Positions 49,016 through 60,879 of a stretch of DNA of 64,000 bases are shown here, piece after piece (the first letter of the stretch is position 1; each line of letters opens with the position of its first letter). This DNA is from Isurus oxyrinchus (Eukaryota), in NCBI GenBank assembly GCA_026770705.1, contig JANJGN010000007.1:168206001-168270000 (forward strand), written 5' to 3'. The notes under the pieces are model-generated. The model saw only the letters and a program-made list of their open reading frames with translations, made no database searches and was not told where the DNA came from. The translations under genes were made by a program, and so were the position numbers.

Positions 49016-49488
49016 TGGATGAGAAAGAGGACAAATATTAATTAAGTTAGATGTTTTTGACTTCTCTTCCTTATCAGACATAATGATTGATGCATTTCAT
49101 TCAACGCACTTGTTCAACGGTGAAGGAAAATATATAAAATGTCAGATACTTTTGATTCTGTATTCAAAGGAGGAATTAAGAAATGTTCTGAGATTACCTA
49201 TATTGTTAAATTCTTGCTGTATAACGGCAGCATAAATGTAGGAGGCATAAAGATTTAGGCCTGCACATTAAAACAATGTACATATTCAACATGAAAGAGA
49301 TTCAGTGCATACAAAAGTTTATTTCATTCCTGTATCACCAGCAGTTGATGGTAAAATTTAAAAACAAAAATAAAAGTGTCCTCCCTGTTTGTGAATACAG
49401 TTTGTTTTTTTGCCTCAGTCATCTCATTCTTGTTTTAAGCCTTTTTCTGCTGGCAAGTTGAAAGCACCACCATTGAGCACGTAATTCT

Positions 49489-49514
49489 GAGAGAAAGAGA
49501 GAGAGAGAGAGAGA
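49489..49514. repeat. (GA)n microsatellite
   Basis: Read directly. Confidence 0.9.
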
Positions 49515-49915
49515 CACCTGACATTATTGTAGCCGGAAAATAAAGTAACAAGCGATTAACCTTCCGAGCTCACTTGTTCTAAACCTGGTACTGGCTCATT
49601 TCCTGTTACAACAGGGATGTGGCTGTCTGGTGAAAGACAGGCAGATGAGTAAATGGGAGCACAGCTCTGCAGCAAAGTCAACTCAAAAGACTCTTTATCT
49701 GAGCAATGCAGATAACTGTTGAAAGTCGACTGCTTTGGTGCGTCATTTGACCACGTCCTCTGGTTTTGACACTGAATTTTTGGAGGAAGAAAAGGTATCA
49801 TTATCTAGTGTGGCAGAGATTAAAGCTGCTGCTTTTCTGAACCAGTGCAGTTTTCCCTCACTACTTCGTTTGTTGCTGGTATTATAAAGGGCTATTGGAA
49901 TATTTCATGAAGAGT

Positions 49916-50316
49916 CAGTGGCCTAGTGTTAATGTCACTGGACTAATAACACAGAGACCCAGACTAGTGCTCTGGGGACATGGGTTCAAATCCCGCCATG
50001 GCAGCTGGTGGAATTTGAATTCAATTAATAAAATCTGAAATTGAAAACTTGTCTCAGTAATGGTGACCATGAAACTATCATTGATTGTTGTTAAAAAAAA
50101 AACCATCTGGTTCACTAATATCCTTTAGGGAAGGAAATCAGCCAACCTTACGTTGTCTGGCCTCCACGTGACTCCGGACCTACAGAAATGTGGTTGATTT
50201 TTAACTGCCTTCTGAAATGGCCCAGCAAGTAACTCAGTTCAAGGACAATTAGGGATGGGAAACAAATGCTGGCCTTATCAGCAATATCCACATCCCTTGA
50301 AAGAATGAAGAAAAAA
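49916..50316 (+). mobile_element. Full-length tRNA-derived SINE with LINE-derived tail
   Basis: A box tggcctagtgtt, B box ggttcaaatcc (about 49983-49993), 3' ~65 nt shared with 44378-44441, A-rich end. Confidence 0.88.
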
Positions 50317-52414
50317 CATGTAAATAAATAAATCCCGAGTCGCTCACTGCCAGACAGTCATTCAAAAGGAAAAGTGCCATTCATGTGCATTGTACTTTTT
50401 GCATTATTAGAGGATGGTCATTGCCTTCTTGGGAAAGTTGAGTGAGAGGAAATGCCGAAGATGATCATTACATTTTGTGATGTCCCATGTACAAGTGAAT
50501 GATAATCTGGGCACATATTCTAGATCCATTGCCACATTTCTTATCCATAAACGGGATGTCAGAATAACATATTTACTGAGGTGACAATAGTCCTTTAGCA
50601 GTATGCTCTATACCTGTTTTCTGCCAGGTACTGCAACACCGCTCATGACTTGTAGTAACATCCAGTTACAATAAATAGAAATGGTACACAAGTTCATTGT
50701 TAGAAAGAGAGTGATGACAATTCTGTCCATCAGTGTTTTGATGGGTAACATATTTAGTGCTGCAGTAATGAAAATTAGAGCAAATCCATTCCAGCCATTT
50801 TGTCGATGTAAGTGGGAGCAATGAAGGCTGTGCAATGAAAGAGCACTCTTCATGGTCTTGTTCATATTTTGTACAGCATATTCATTCATTAAGTGCCATT
50901 TAGTTTTAATCTTATTGTCCCAACCCCGTTATTAATCTCCAAACAATAGGCCTTCATTTGGGAGACTTGGACTGTTTCTACAACTGCTATTAATACCTTC
51001 TTTCAGTGGTAGTTGTTGAGTTCAGGAATGAATAGCCCACATGGAACAGGATCATTTCTAATATGTGATGTTCCATTTACCGTTGCTGTGTGCTCTCTAG
51101 TTCTGGTCATTTTGGCGCTCTTTGTTTAAAATTAAGTCCTGTACAGCTACTTGAGCAGATCAGTTTTCCTTTCCCTGTTACAAAACTGAAGAATTCTTTC
51201 CTTTAAGCAATTTCTCTGAAATAAATGCATCCCGGTTGTAAGTTGCTGAATATTGTGACAAGACAATTTTATTCTCTTTATGTTGCAAATATGACAAGTT
51301 AGGCATTTAATTAAATTTGTATATAAATCTTTAGTGTGGTTAAATTAGACAGATATTTGCCTGCAGAAATTTGTACTTCACCTTGTGAAACAGTAAAATT
51401 GGATTGTTTTCACTATGGAACCTGATCTATGAATCATGAATAAAATTCTTTATTTTAGTGTGCATTATTTTCCACACAAAAGAGGAGAGACCAGAAAACA
51501 GCCCTTGCCAGTATATAAAACCACTTTGTTTCTGTGGCCAAGTTATTTTCAGAACTGAATTGTCTCGATCTTACTTGCAAATTCTAATTGCTAAATTTAA
51601 TCCACTTTGCTTTTCCCCCCCCCCTTTTTAAAAGTCTCCCCCTTCTACTGTCTTTTTTTGGGGGTTACCCTGATCCATTGACTCTCAGAATCAGAGAACA
51701 CGTGAGGTGGTGATTTGTTTTGATCCATATTCGTGTCTGCAGTTTGTGACAATCTAGGAACATGGAGAATAATCTGGAGGGCCAAGACTTACCCAAAATT
51801 GGGCCTTGGGCCTCATCAGCATACTGCTTCCAAGCAGCAGATGCCAATTGGCGTCCAGAGACAATGTGCTGGCTCTGCAAGGAATTAAGTCAGCTACTAG
51901 CACCCCTGGCAGTGACCTTCAGGTGAAGCAAGGATTGGGGACAGGAGGCGATTGAGAAGGAACCTGCAGCTGTCTTCAGGGCTAGTATAGTGCAAGGAGG
52001 AACACTTCTGTTCTTCCCAAATCTACATTCAGGTAAAGAATTAAAAAAAAAACTAACTCTTTGGTAGTGGCCTCCATCAGTTTTGTTTTGGACTGTTGTT
52101 TCAGCTGCATGTGGACACGATAAAAGGACTTTGGGCTTCAGGGTAATACAATTTCGGGGAGGGGGCCTCAAAAAAGCACGAGTCTCCTTATTGCATATGG
52201 AAAAGTCCAACCTGTCTGTTTCAGGCCTGGGTCCTGGACGCCTGTAGTGGATCCTTAACCAACATAGCATTTGACATGCTTTCAGTGCGGTATGTGTGTG
52301 CGCATATATATTAGACCCTTAGGTGCCCATTTTATGCCTATCAAACCAGGCATATTGAATTTCTAGGCTGTGTGTTTTGAAGTTATTTTTTGTGCTGATT
52401 TTATAAAGAAAGAC

Positions 52415-52525
52415 TGGAAAGAAAGGCTTGCATTTCTACAGTACCTTTCATAACCTCAGGATGGCCCAAAGCACTTTACATACAATGAAGCGCTTTTGAG
52501 GTGTAGCCACTGTTACATTGTGAGG
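52415..52525 (-). mobile_element. Deu-domain SINE 3' tail
   Basis: Matches 39633-39740. Confidence 0.75.
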
Positions 52526-54729
52526 AAAAGTATTAAAATGTTAACAATGGAGTAGAATAAATCTGTGCACATATTTTGCAGTATGACAGCTGTCATTCTT
52601 TTTTTTGTGTTTTGTATTCTACAAAAACCACAAAATTCTGCAGTGATTGCAACTGTGCTGAAGATACAAACGGAAAATGTGGGGGAAGATGATGAGAAAA
52701 ACCATACTTGCTTCTAAAACAAGCTCTAGTTTATGCTTTCATCATATTATCTATTTTAAACTCTGCTGATGCAAAACAATGTAATTGTGGTGAAATATAC
52801 AGTATTTTATTCTTAGGAAAACTATCTAGCCCCACACTGGACCATTTATTGGTTTAAGACTTTGGTTCATTCATTTTCAGTTTAGAGAAATGTTCTGAAT
52901 TACAGAAACAATTAGCTTTGGTTTTCAGGCCATATGGCAGTATTCTGTTTCAAACAGCTTTGTTTTAATATATAAAGAGTCTCATTTAAAAAATGTGAAA
53001 GAAAAGCTGTGTAACTATACGGATTTAAACTATTAATTTCCTGAATACCAAACGCTAACATTTTCTTTAGAAAGTTGAACTCAAAAAGAGCAAAATGGTG
53101 CAAGTTCTGCTTTTCCAAAATAAAATCTATTTCAAATTGTTATCAAATTTTTTTTACAAAAATGTTAAGCTATTTATGGGCTATCTTTTATTTTATCTAA
53201 ACCAGCATATGGGAAAATAAGATAAATTGCAACCCCGAAAAAATAACTTGCAGGACACCCTCTGTCAGCATTCCAACCACAGAGATGGGCTCTGCAGTAA
53301 ATAGATCCATGTTTCAAAAACACTGATGTCTCTCTAATTAATGGTAATTAATTGTAAGTAAATGGATTTAAATTAACTTAGGAGAAAAGAAAGCTTTCAC
53401 AATGACAAATTATGCTGTATGTAATTGTTTTTTTATTAACATCAAATAATGTAAACTGAAGGACACCAGTCTACTCGAAGAGTTAGTACCTAATGTTCCA
53501 TATCAGATCCGTACAATGTCATAACTGAATACAGATTAGGCAGTGTCCTTTTATGTAGGTTGAACTGGAGAGAGCCAGGCACTGCTGCTTGCCAAGTATA
53601 TTATCTTAGTGAAGCCCGTTGCCTCCTCTCCCAGTTTACAAAGGCAGTGCCCACAAAATGCTGTGAACCAAGTGAGCAGAAGCATCTGGGACGTGCAGCA
53701 TTGTTATCCCCTTCTTATTTAAAAAAAAATTGAATGCAGAAGAAAAGAGGCTAGGGCTGAGAGTGTGCAAAATTATGACTTCCATTCGGAAAATTTCCTC
53801 TTCAGCATCTCGATGTAGTGGTTTTCTCAAGTTTGCAGTGATTGGAGAAAATGTCTTGTATTCCTAAAGAAGCTACGATCAGCCTTCCTTAATTGCCTGG
53901 GCTATGCCACATCCACACCGAGTCTGTTTAACTATTCAAAAGGATTTGGGCTTATCATGGTTTGGTGTTTCTGTTGTGAGTGAATGCACTACCTGTGTGT
54001 GTGTGCTTCCCCCCCAACACCCACCCACACTCTCTTCCAGTGAGAGCACTAAGCAACCCAACAATAAATCTAGGAGGCTGACAGTGCGCTAGCCTGGTGC
54101 TCCTTTGCCCTCAATTTCAGTTAGATGGGCCATTGCAAACTCATTACAAACTGTTTGTTCTGTGACTTTGACTCTTGTTCTGATGAACAAGAGAGAGAGA
54201 GAGAGAAGCTAAGGACAGCAAGAAGCTTATTGCCAAAAGGGGAAGTTGACAGGAGTGGGGTGGGGAAAAAGGCCAGTTATTATCATTTAGTAACTTTTAA
54301 TAAAACATACAACAGGGCACCAAAAAAAACCTGATGAAAACAACTCATGATGGTGAGAGGCTCCTTTGATTCTGTAATCGTCTGGCCTTGCTGCTCGGAT
54401 ACATTATACCCACGTTGCGTTAATTTGCACATAGAGTTCAACTGATTCAGCAAAATCAGCTAATTTGATACAGGTATTATCATCATTTCTGAATTTCAAA
54501 AGTAAATGTTAAAGGTTTCACTCCCAAGCCATGTGGTTTAATGCATTCCATGATTATGATTATTTTATAACTTTTGGCCAAAAACATTTAGCCCTCTTCA
54601 GCTCTGCATTAATTAGTGTAGAAGAAAAAAGCTCTTTTTTTATAATTTTACTTATTTTGCAAATATTTCATGGAAGCACAAAATTGTTTGTTATTTTTGT
54701 AGTAAATTATATTAAGAGCAATTTTCCAA

Positions 54730-55010
54730 AAGCTCAGTGCATATATCCACTGAACAACTGTACAGACCAGAGGGGTCCTGAGTTTAATTCGTGGTCTGTA
54801 ATATGTTCGCTGATTTCAGTCAAGGTGTCGGTAGGGTCACTGCAACTGGCCCTAAGAGTGCAAGTGTATGGATAGGATTAGGTACGGCTGCATTGCTGCC
54901 GATGATTGAATGATGTGCCAGCACTTGACCATCAGGCTTCCATGGGAGCACTGGTTGCTTGGGTAAAGCACCAAAGGGCAAATGATTCCAATGGAACAAA
55001 ACCCCTTGCC
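54730..55010 (+). mobile_element. Old SINE-like repeat
   Basis: Related to 42760-43335. Degenerate tRNA-like head gtacagaccagaggggtcctgagtttaattc. Confidence 0.5.
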
Positions 55011-55571
55011 TGTACGAATTCATCTATGGTCGGTCGAGGGAGAGAGCGAAAAATTTGCCAGGCCAAGATAGTGTGTAGAAAAACAGATGTTTTTTCGTGC
55101 TGCTTCCACAGTATCTATGAATTTCTAAACCATTTCAGTGCTGAGGAGGTTAATGAAAGCTTCAAGCCCAAAATGCAGTCCTGACTCCTGACTGGAGATT
55201 CAACATCTGAAAATGAATTTGTTACACTATTGATGGAACAGTTGGGTTTTCCAAAAGTCACTCTATAGCCTCAACACGCTGATGATATGGAAATGAAACA
55301 AGTTCAAGTCATCATGGAAGTTATTTGTATCTAAATGTTTACTAACAATAGGGTTAACACACAAGACTGTCATGAGCAACTTCTGCTGGAACCTGTCACC
55401 TTAATGAATACTCAGTGCTGTAGGTAATTGACACTGAGACTTTGTTATATCTGACAGTACATTCAAACATCAAATAATAGGAGTTTGTGACTGTAAACCA
55501 CAGTGCATTAAGGAAATTTTATCTTTTAAATGTTTTAGTATAGAGACAATTATGCACTCAACAAACGCCAT

Positions 55572-56162
55572 GGGCTGGATTTTTCCCTCCTCTACCAGCA
55601 GGTTTGAAGACAGGGGTCTCATAAAATCCAGCAAGTGGCCTCCCCGCAGCCAATTAATGGCCATTTAAGGGCCTTATCCCATCCCTGCCTCTATTTCACA
55701 CGTGGCAGCGGCAGGCCCACGCCATGTGGGAAGCCCAGCAGCTTTAATTGCACAGGCTGGCATTGGGCAGATGGTGAGGGGGAAACCTCCTTTACGCATC
55801 AGATCACACTTCCCCCTTTATCCCACCCCCTAGCCTCTCAAACCCGCTCCCCCACCCATTTCAACCCCCTTGCCAGAGCCTGCCAACCTGACCCTGGCAA
55901 AATCCTCCCCACTTACCTTGGTGTCCAGCTGAAATGATGGGACTGCCTGTAGTCCCAGCACGTGGCCGCCATTCCCGTCTGGCACAGCTGTGATTGACTG
56001 GCAGTCGTCTGAGGCAGAATTTCCTGTCCCTGAGGGGCAGAAATCCTGCCTCCAGCCTATTAACAGCCAATTGACCATTAAATGACAGTGCAGCAGCTAT
56101 TCTTCCCCCTTGACTTTTTAGCCAGGGAGTGGGGACCACAATGCCCTGTAAAAATCCGCCCC
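55572..56162. mobile_element. MITE family B (PIF/Harbinger-like), CAT TSD
   Basis: TIRs gggctggattttt / aaaaatccgcccc, CAT at 55569-55571 and 56163-56165, internal hairpin at 56011-56052. Confidence 0.8.
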
Positions 56163-56281
56163 CATGGCTCTCTTCCAGAAACATCCGTTTTCACAGAATC
56201 ACAAAATGTTATAGGAGGATATTCACCATCATGCCTATGCCAGCTCTTTGAATTAATCCCACTCCCCTGCTCTCTCCCCAC

Positions 56282-56889
56282 GGGGAGAATTTTCTCCCCG
56301 TCGGGCAGGCCGGTTAGGAGCAGGCGCGGATGGGTGTGTGCTGCCATTCTACGTGGGCGGGCCAATTAAGGCCCACCCAGCGTGATGTACACTTGGAAGC
56401 GCTTAGCGTTACCTGTACGGGCGGGGGGGAGGAGGGAGAGTCGGGACCTGCGCTCTATCGTGCACGCGTGCGGAAGAGCATGGAAACCTCCCTGAGGCAG
56501 CTCTGTTCCTCAAGGAGATTAAGTTCAGTTCAAAAGATTTTTAAAATAAAATAAAATTATTCGGACATGTCCCCTCATGTGACAGTGACATGAGCTGGGA
56601 CTTGTTAATGGATTTTAATAAAAAAATTTGATTTCATTTATAAACCCTTCATGAAACCTCATCCCTCTCGTGGATGAGGTTTCAAGAAAAATCTGAAGGC
56701 CGGCTGGGCTCTTTGCCCTGGCAATCACTTCAGTTAGGTAACTAATGGCCTTAACAGGCCTTTGACAGTTCGGCGGGCGCGCAGCCAACTCTGGTTCGCG
56801 CCAGGCGTACTGAAGATCAGAACAATGTGCAGTGACATCGGAGTACCAACCCGTTCCCACCCCCACATGCCAAACGGAAGATTCTGGCT
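56282..56889 (+). mobile_element. Palindrome-array MITE family A, copy 5
   Basis: Ends ggggagaatttt / aagattctggct with flanks CAC / CAT. Same internal hairpin series. Confidence 0.88.
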
Positions 56890-56896
56890 CATATTT

Positions 56897-56926
56897 TATA
56901 TATATATATGTATATATATATATATA
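56897..56926. repeat. (TA)n microsatellite
   Basis: Read directly. Confidence 0.9.
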
Positions 56927-57613
56927 ATGTTTTCTTTGCAAGTACAGATTTAATTCACTTTTGAAAGTTACCATTGCATTTGCTTCCACCATCTTTTCAG
57001 ACTGCGCATTCCAAATTATCATAACTTCCTGCGTAAAAAAAAGTTATCCTCACCTTTTTTTGCCAGTTACCTTAACTCAATCTGTCTCCACTAGTTGCAA
57101 CCTTCCTGCTAGTGGAAACAGTTTTCATTGTCTACTCTACAGAAAACCCTCATAATTTTGAGTACCTGTTTTATTACATGGATGAATTAATTGATATTTT
57201 AATTTTTTGTTTGCTAAAGACTAGTAAAGTTGACAGGAAGACTGATTCATTTTTGACCCTCTTTAGAATCTGTAGTCTGATTTCACCAGTATTATTGTAG
57301 TGCTTTTAAATTAGAACTATTCTTTCTAAAAGCTAAAATAATATGATCTAATGTCACTCATGCAGCTTTACAGATGGATACAAGCTCACTCACTGTCCAA
57401 CCCTTTCCCCACTCAGTTTGCGTTACAGTCACCTCTGGGTCAGAGCTTGATCATTCAAGCCTCACAGCAGAACTTTAAGCACACTATCAAGTTTGGCGAT
57501 TCCGCCTATGAACGAGGAGTGCTACCCTTTCATCTTTCAGGTGAAATGTTAAGCCATGTCTCTATCTGCCTGTTCAGGTGCCATGTCCTTCTCCAAAGAA
57601 CACAATTCTTGTG

Positions 57614-57747
57614 CAAAAGCGAAATACTGGAGACACCGGAAATCTGAAATAAAATCAGAAAATGCTGGAAATATTCAGCAAGGCTGGCAGCGTCTGTGAA
57701 GAGAGAAACCGAGTTGACGCTTCAGGTCGATGACCTTTCGTCAGAAC
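57614..57747 (-). mobile_element. Solo pLTR insertion (about 134 bp)
   Basis: pLTR body aaatgctggaaatattcagca..ggcagcgtctgtgaagagagaaacc, with a degenerate duplicated flank acaattct..tgtg. Confidence 0.8.
57711..57747 (-). ncRNA. Minimal hammerhead ribozyme motif (best-preserved core)
   Basis: Reverse complement: gtt-CTGACGA-a-aggtc/atc/gacct-GAAG-C-GTC-aac. CUGANGA is intact, stem II is a perfect 5 bp, the triplet is GUC, and GAAA has become GAAG. Confidence 0.72.
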
Positions 57748-59023
57748 AATTCTACCTGTGTTCTAGCCAACATTCTCCCTTCAACCACAGCATCAGAACA
57801 AGGATTATTCACCTCGAGGCTGTTTGTGTGATTTTCCTGAGTGTTTTGGGACGCATGTGAGAGACCTGATGAGCCGTGACATGAATGAAAGCTCTTTCTT
57901 TACTCTGCAATGTTTCTTAACTGTCAGCCATTTCGAAGTAGGGAGGAAGCAGAGTGAGATGTGAGGCAGAGGTGGGAGGGAAATTAGAACATGAGTCATT
58001 CCGGAGATATATCTGACCATCATCTGAGACGAGGTTCAGAGTGTCTTTGAGGACCCTGTCATTGGATGTCTGCTCTCTGGCTCATAATTAGCAAATGAAC
58101 TGAGCTCCATTGAAATATGTTTTTATAAGCACTATGGGGATTATTTAGGAGATGGGAGATGACACACAGGTTATTATATTAAATTGCCATTGTTTGTTTA
58201 ATGTTTCATATTTTTCCATTTCAAGAGAAATTGTAGATTAAAAGAAAAGTAAGGGTGAGGGGAGAAAATAAAAAGGATGGGGAAAAAATCTGTCCCTTAA
58301 AGATTATCACCAGTTTCCCATTTTTAAAAAAATCAGCCCATTTCCAGAGACTAACCTTCAACAGCTTCCTTTTATTTTTCAGTGCATTTTTAAACAAAAA
58401 TATTAAAAGATATTATTGCTGCCAACATCATAAGGGAGAACAGCTCGGATGAGTTACTGAAGCACGTAGTGTGAGAGAGCTGCATTAATATAAATAGAGC
58501 TACAATCATTAAGCAGGGGTGCTTCAGTGATTGTGTCACGCCAACTGTACATGTTAATTCCGCTCCTTCGCACTGTTGAGCTCAGTAACTCCTCCAAGTC
58601 AATTCCCCTGATATCATCTATACTCCCTATTTAACCCCGCCTATACAAAATGTTGAACTGACTGAATCGGGTATGAAGACATATAAAATAATTTTAAAGT
58701 TAACGAGACTTCTTTGTAACTGATTTTTTTTAATGGGTGCTAATTTTACGTTTCCATATGCAAAATAGTTCACTGTAAGCTCAAGGCTTCTCTTGCAAAA
58801 TAGGTTCTCTCAGTGATTCTCCCTTTGAAAATTGGTGGCCCATGTTATATACAGATGGGCTATGACGGCCAGACTTCCTGTTGTAAATAGGTCCTGGTAG
58901 TGAATTTTCTGCTTAAGATCGATGTTGATCTGCAAATCTCACTTTGCGAAACAGTTCTTGAAGGTTGAGCTGCTACGTTTCAGTCAGTCTTGGCCTGTAT
59001 GGGGGTCAAGCATTCAAAACCTG

Positions 59024-59243
59024 CCGTGTGCAAACTTGCACTGGGTGGAAGGTTCTGGCCCATGTTTCCTTTGCAAGTACAGATTTAATTCACTTTTGAA
59101 AGTTACCATTGAATTTGCTTCCGTCATCCTTTCAGACTGTGCATTCCCAATCATCATAACTTTGTGCGTAAATTCAATTTATCAAGTCGGTCATTCACAC
59201 AAACACTCTACTGCCACGGATTGGACCGTGTGCAAACTTGCAC
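59024..59243 (+). repeat. Insertion bounded by an 18-bp direct repeat, containing a copy of about 56876-57036
   Basis: ccgtgtgcaaacttgcac at 59024-59041 and 59226-59243. Confidence 0.85.
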
Positions 59244-59363
59244 AGGCATGAACGCAAAACGGATCAACTTGTGCATTTGCCAATTTCTTTTAAGTGAATA
59301 CTGGACTTCTCCTCTGCAGTTTTCCACCACGTAAATTACAAAATGGCCACTCATCAAAACTAT

Positions 59364-59533
59364 ATAAAAGCAAAATACTGCAGGTGCTGGAAATCTGAAA
59401 TAAAAACAGGAAATGCTGGAAAAACTCAGCAGCGCTGAAGAAGAGTCATACGGACCCAAAACGTTAACTCTGTTTCTCTCTCCACAGAGGCTGCCAGACC
59501 GGTTGAGTTTTTCCAGCATTTTCTGTTTTTACC
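59364..59533. mobile_element. Inverted (two-orientation) pLTR insertion with 10-bp TSD and HHR remnant
   Basis: tcaaaactat at 59354-59363 and 59534-59543. Arms aaatgctggaaaaactca / tgagtttttccagcattt. CTGAAGA-a-gagtc/atacg/gaccc-AAAAC-GTT at about 59435-59465. Confidence 0.85.
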
Positions 59534-60424
59534 TCAAAACTATTTGGTTGATATTGAGTCTCTTTAATATTAATTTTCACCCTACTTAACATGATGAAAA
59601 TTAAACAGCAACGGTAAAATTAGATGAAACCCTGTGAGCAGTTTGAGTTAATATTTTTAATTCACTTACTTTGTTTCTAGATTTCAATAGGTTTTGCCTA
59701 TAATTACGAGTAGAACCTTAGTCCACACCACTAAGTGGATTAGCATGGATTGAAAACAGCTCTGTAGCTGTTTAACAAAAGGGACTTGGTGCATTTTTAT
59801 CTACGCCTGGAGTTCTTAATCATTGTTTCTAAAGTTTTATTTTTAAAGGGCTGAGTGTTGAGATACATCTCAGCCCTTCCAGTCGGGTATGGGTGTATTC
59901 AGTTTGTTTTGAAGCATGCTGCAAGAGGGCACTTTAATTTTACTGTTGGAATGATTTTTTTTTTCTGGAATATCACCAAGTCCTAATCATTTAGTTTCTC
60001 TCTGGAGTGATATATTCTTAGTAACAAATGCAGAGCTTGAGCTGTTTGGCGCCCAAAATAGTTGTCAAGAAAAAAAATCTGTTGGCATAGAGAATGCCCG
60101 CCAGCAAAACTGAAGTGTGTTCTGTACAACAATGTGGTTTACTGGTGGCAAACAATTTGTGTTGGAATTTTTTTTGCCTTTTAATGATAGGGTCAGGGAG
60201 GAAAACCATTTCTGTGGAAAATCTGACTGCAGCAAAGTATGCCGATTGTAAGTAAGAATTAATTTTCACCCTGCTGCTGTGCAATATACCGTGGACTCAT
60301 TACGCATTGAATGTTATTAGAGGTCAATACAACAACAACTTTGTTTTTGTTCCAACTAAATCTAAAATGCTGAAAACGTTTGGCTGAGGCAACATTTGAC
60401 AAATCAGCAGGTTTTTTTCCCCTT

Positions 60425-60722
60425 CATTTAGCATTTATTCAGCACCTTTAACATTGCAAAAAAAAACAAAGCTCGTGACCAGGTGTTGAAGAAGGAGTGA
60501 TTTGTTGGGTGACTAAAGCTTCTTTTCAGAAGGGGAAAAAGGAGAAGTGGAGGGGCTTAGAATGACAACAATTTGAATTTATATAACATCTTTAATGTAG
60601 TAAAATATCCTGAGGCACTTCACAGGAGCATTAACAAATAAAATTTGATGCTGAATCACATAAGGAGATATTAGGGCAGGTGACCTAAAGCTTGGGGTAC
60701 AGGGAGATTGCAGAAGGGAAAG
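60425..60722 (-). mobile_element. Two L2-like 3' tail fragments
   Basis: Match 21061-21200 (atttatataacatctttaatgtagtaaaa..gagatattagggcaggtgacc). Confidence 0.75.
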
Positions 60723-60879
60723 AAAAATTTCTTTGTCAAAGATTTGTTTTATAAGAAGACAGAGATCGCGGCAAAAATAAAATGAAATGAAATGTTTTGT
60801 GTTGTTGTGTGCATGACTGGGTAGGGAGAACATTCAGCACATTCTGCTCTCCCTTCTGTTTTAACCTTGGACAACTACA

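Larger units (their letters stand above)
56190..57165 (-). mobile_element. CR1 3' end split by MITE A copy 5
   Basis: 56190-56281 plus 56890-57165 are collinear with 40405-40750. Confidence 0.8.
57430..57845 (+). mobile_element. Diverged Deu-domain SINE interrupted by a pLTR
   Basis: catctttcaggtgaaatgttaagcc..ctgcctgttcaggtg before the insert and gtgttctagccaacattctcccttcaacca after it. Confidence 0.65.

Noticed and set aside
49916-49995. tRNA gene (also 43045-43113 and about 40000-40070)
   Set aside because: A/B boxes are present but run into SINE bodies, and no full cloverleaf is evident.
54730-55010. Naming this repeat LF-SINE or HE1
   Set aside because: It does not match those consensus sequences as I know them, so it is left unclassified.
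7127-56889. Recurrent palindromes as a CRISPR array or bacterial REP elements
   Set aside because: No repeat-spacer periodicity and no cas genes. They are interior parts of dispersed TIR elements in eukaryotic DNA.
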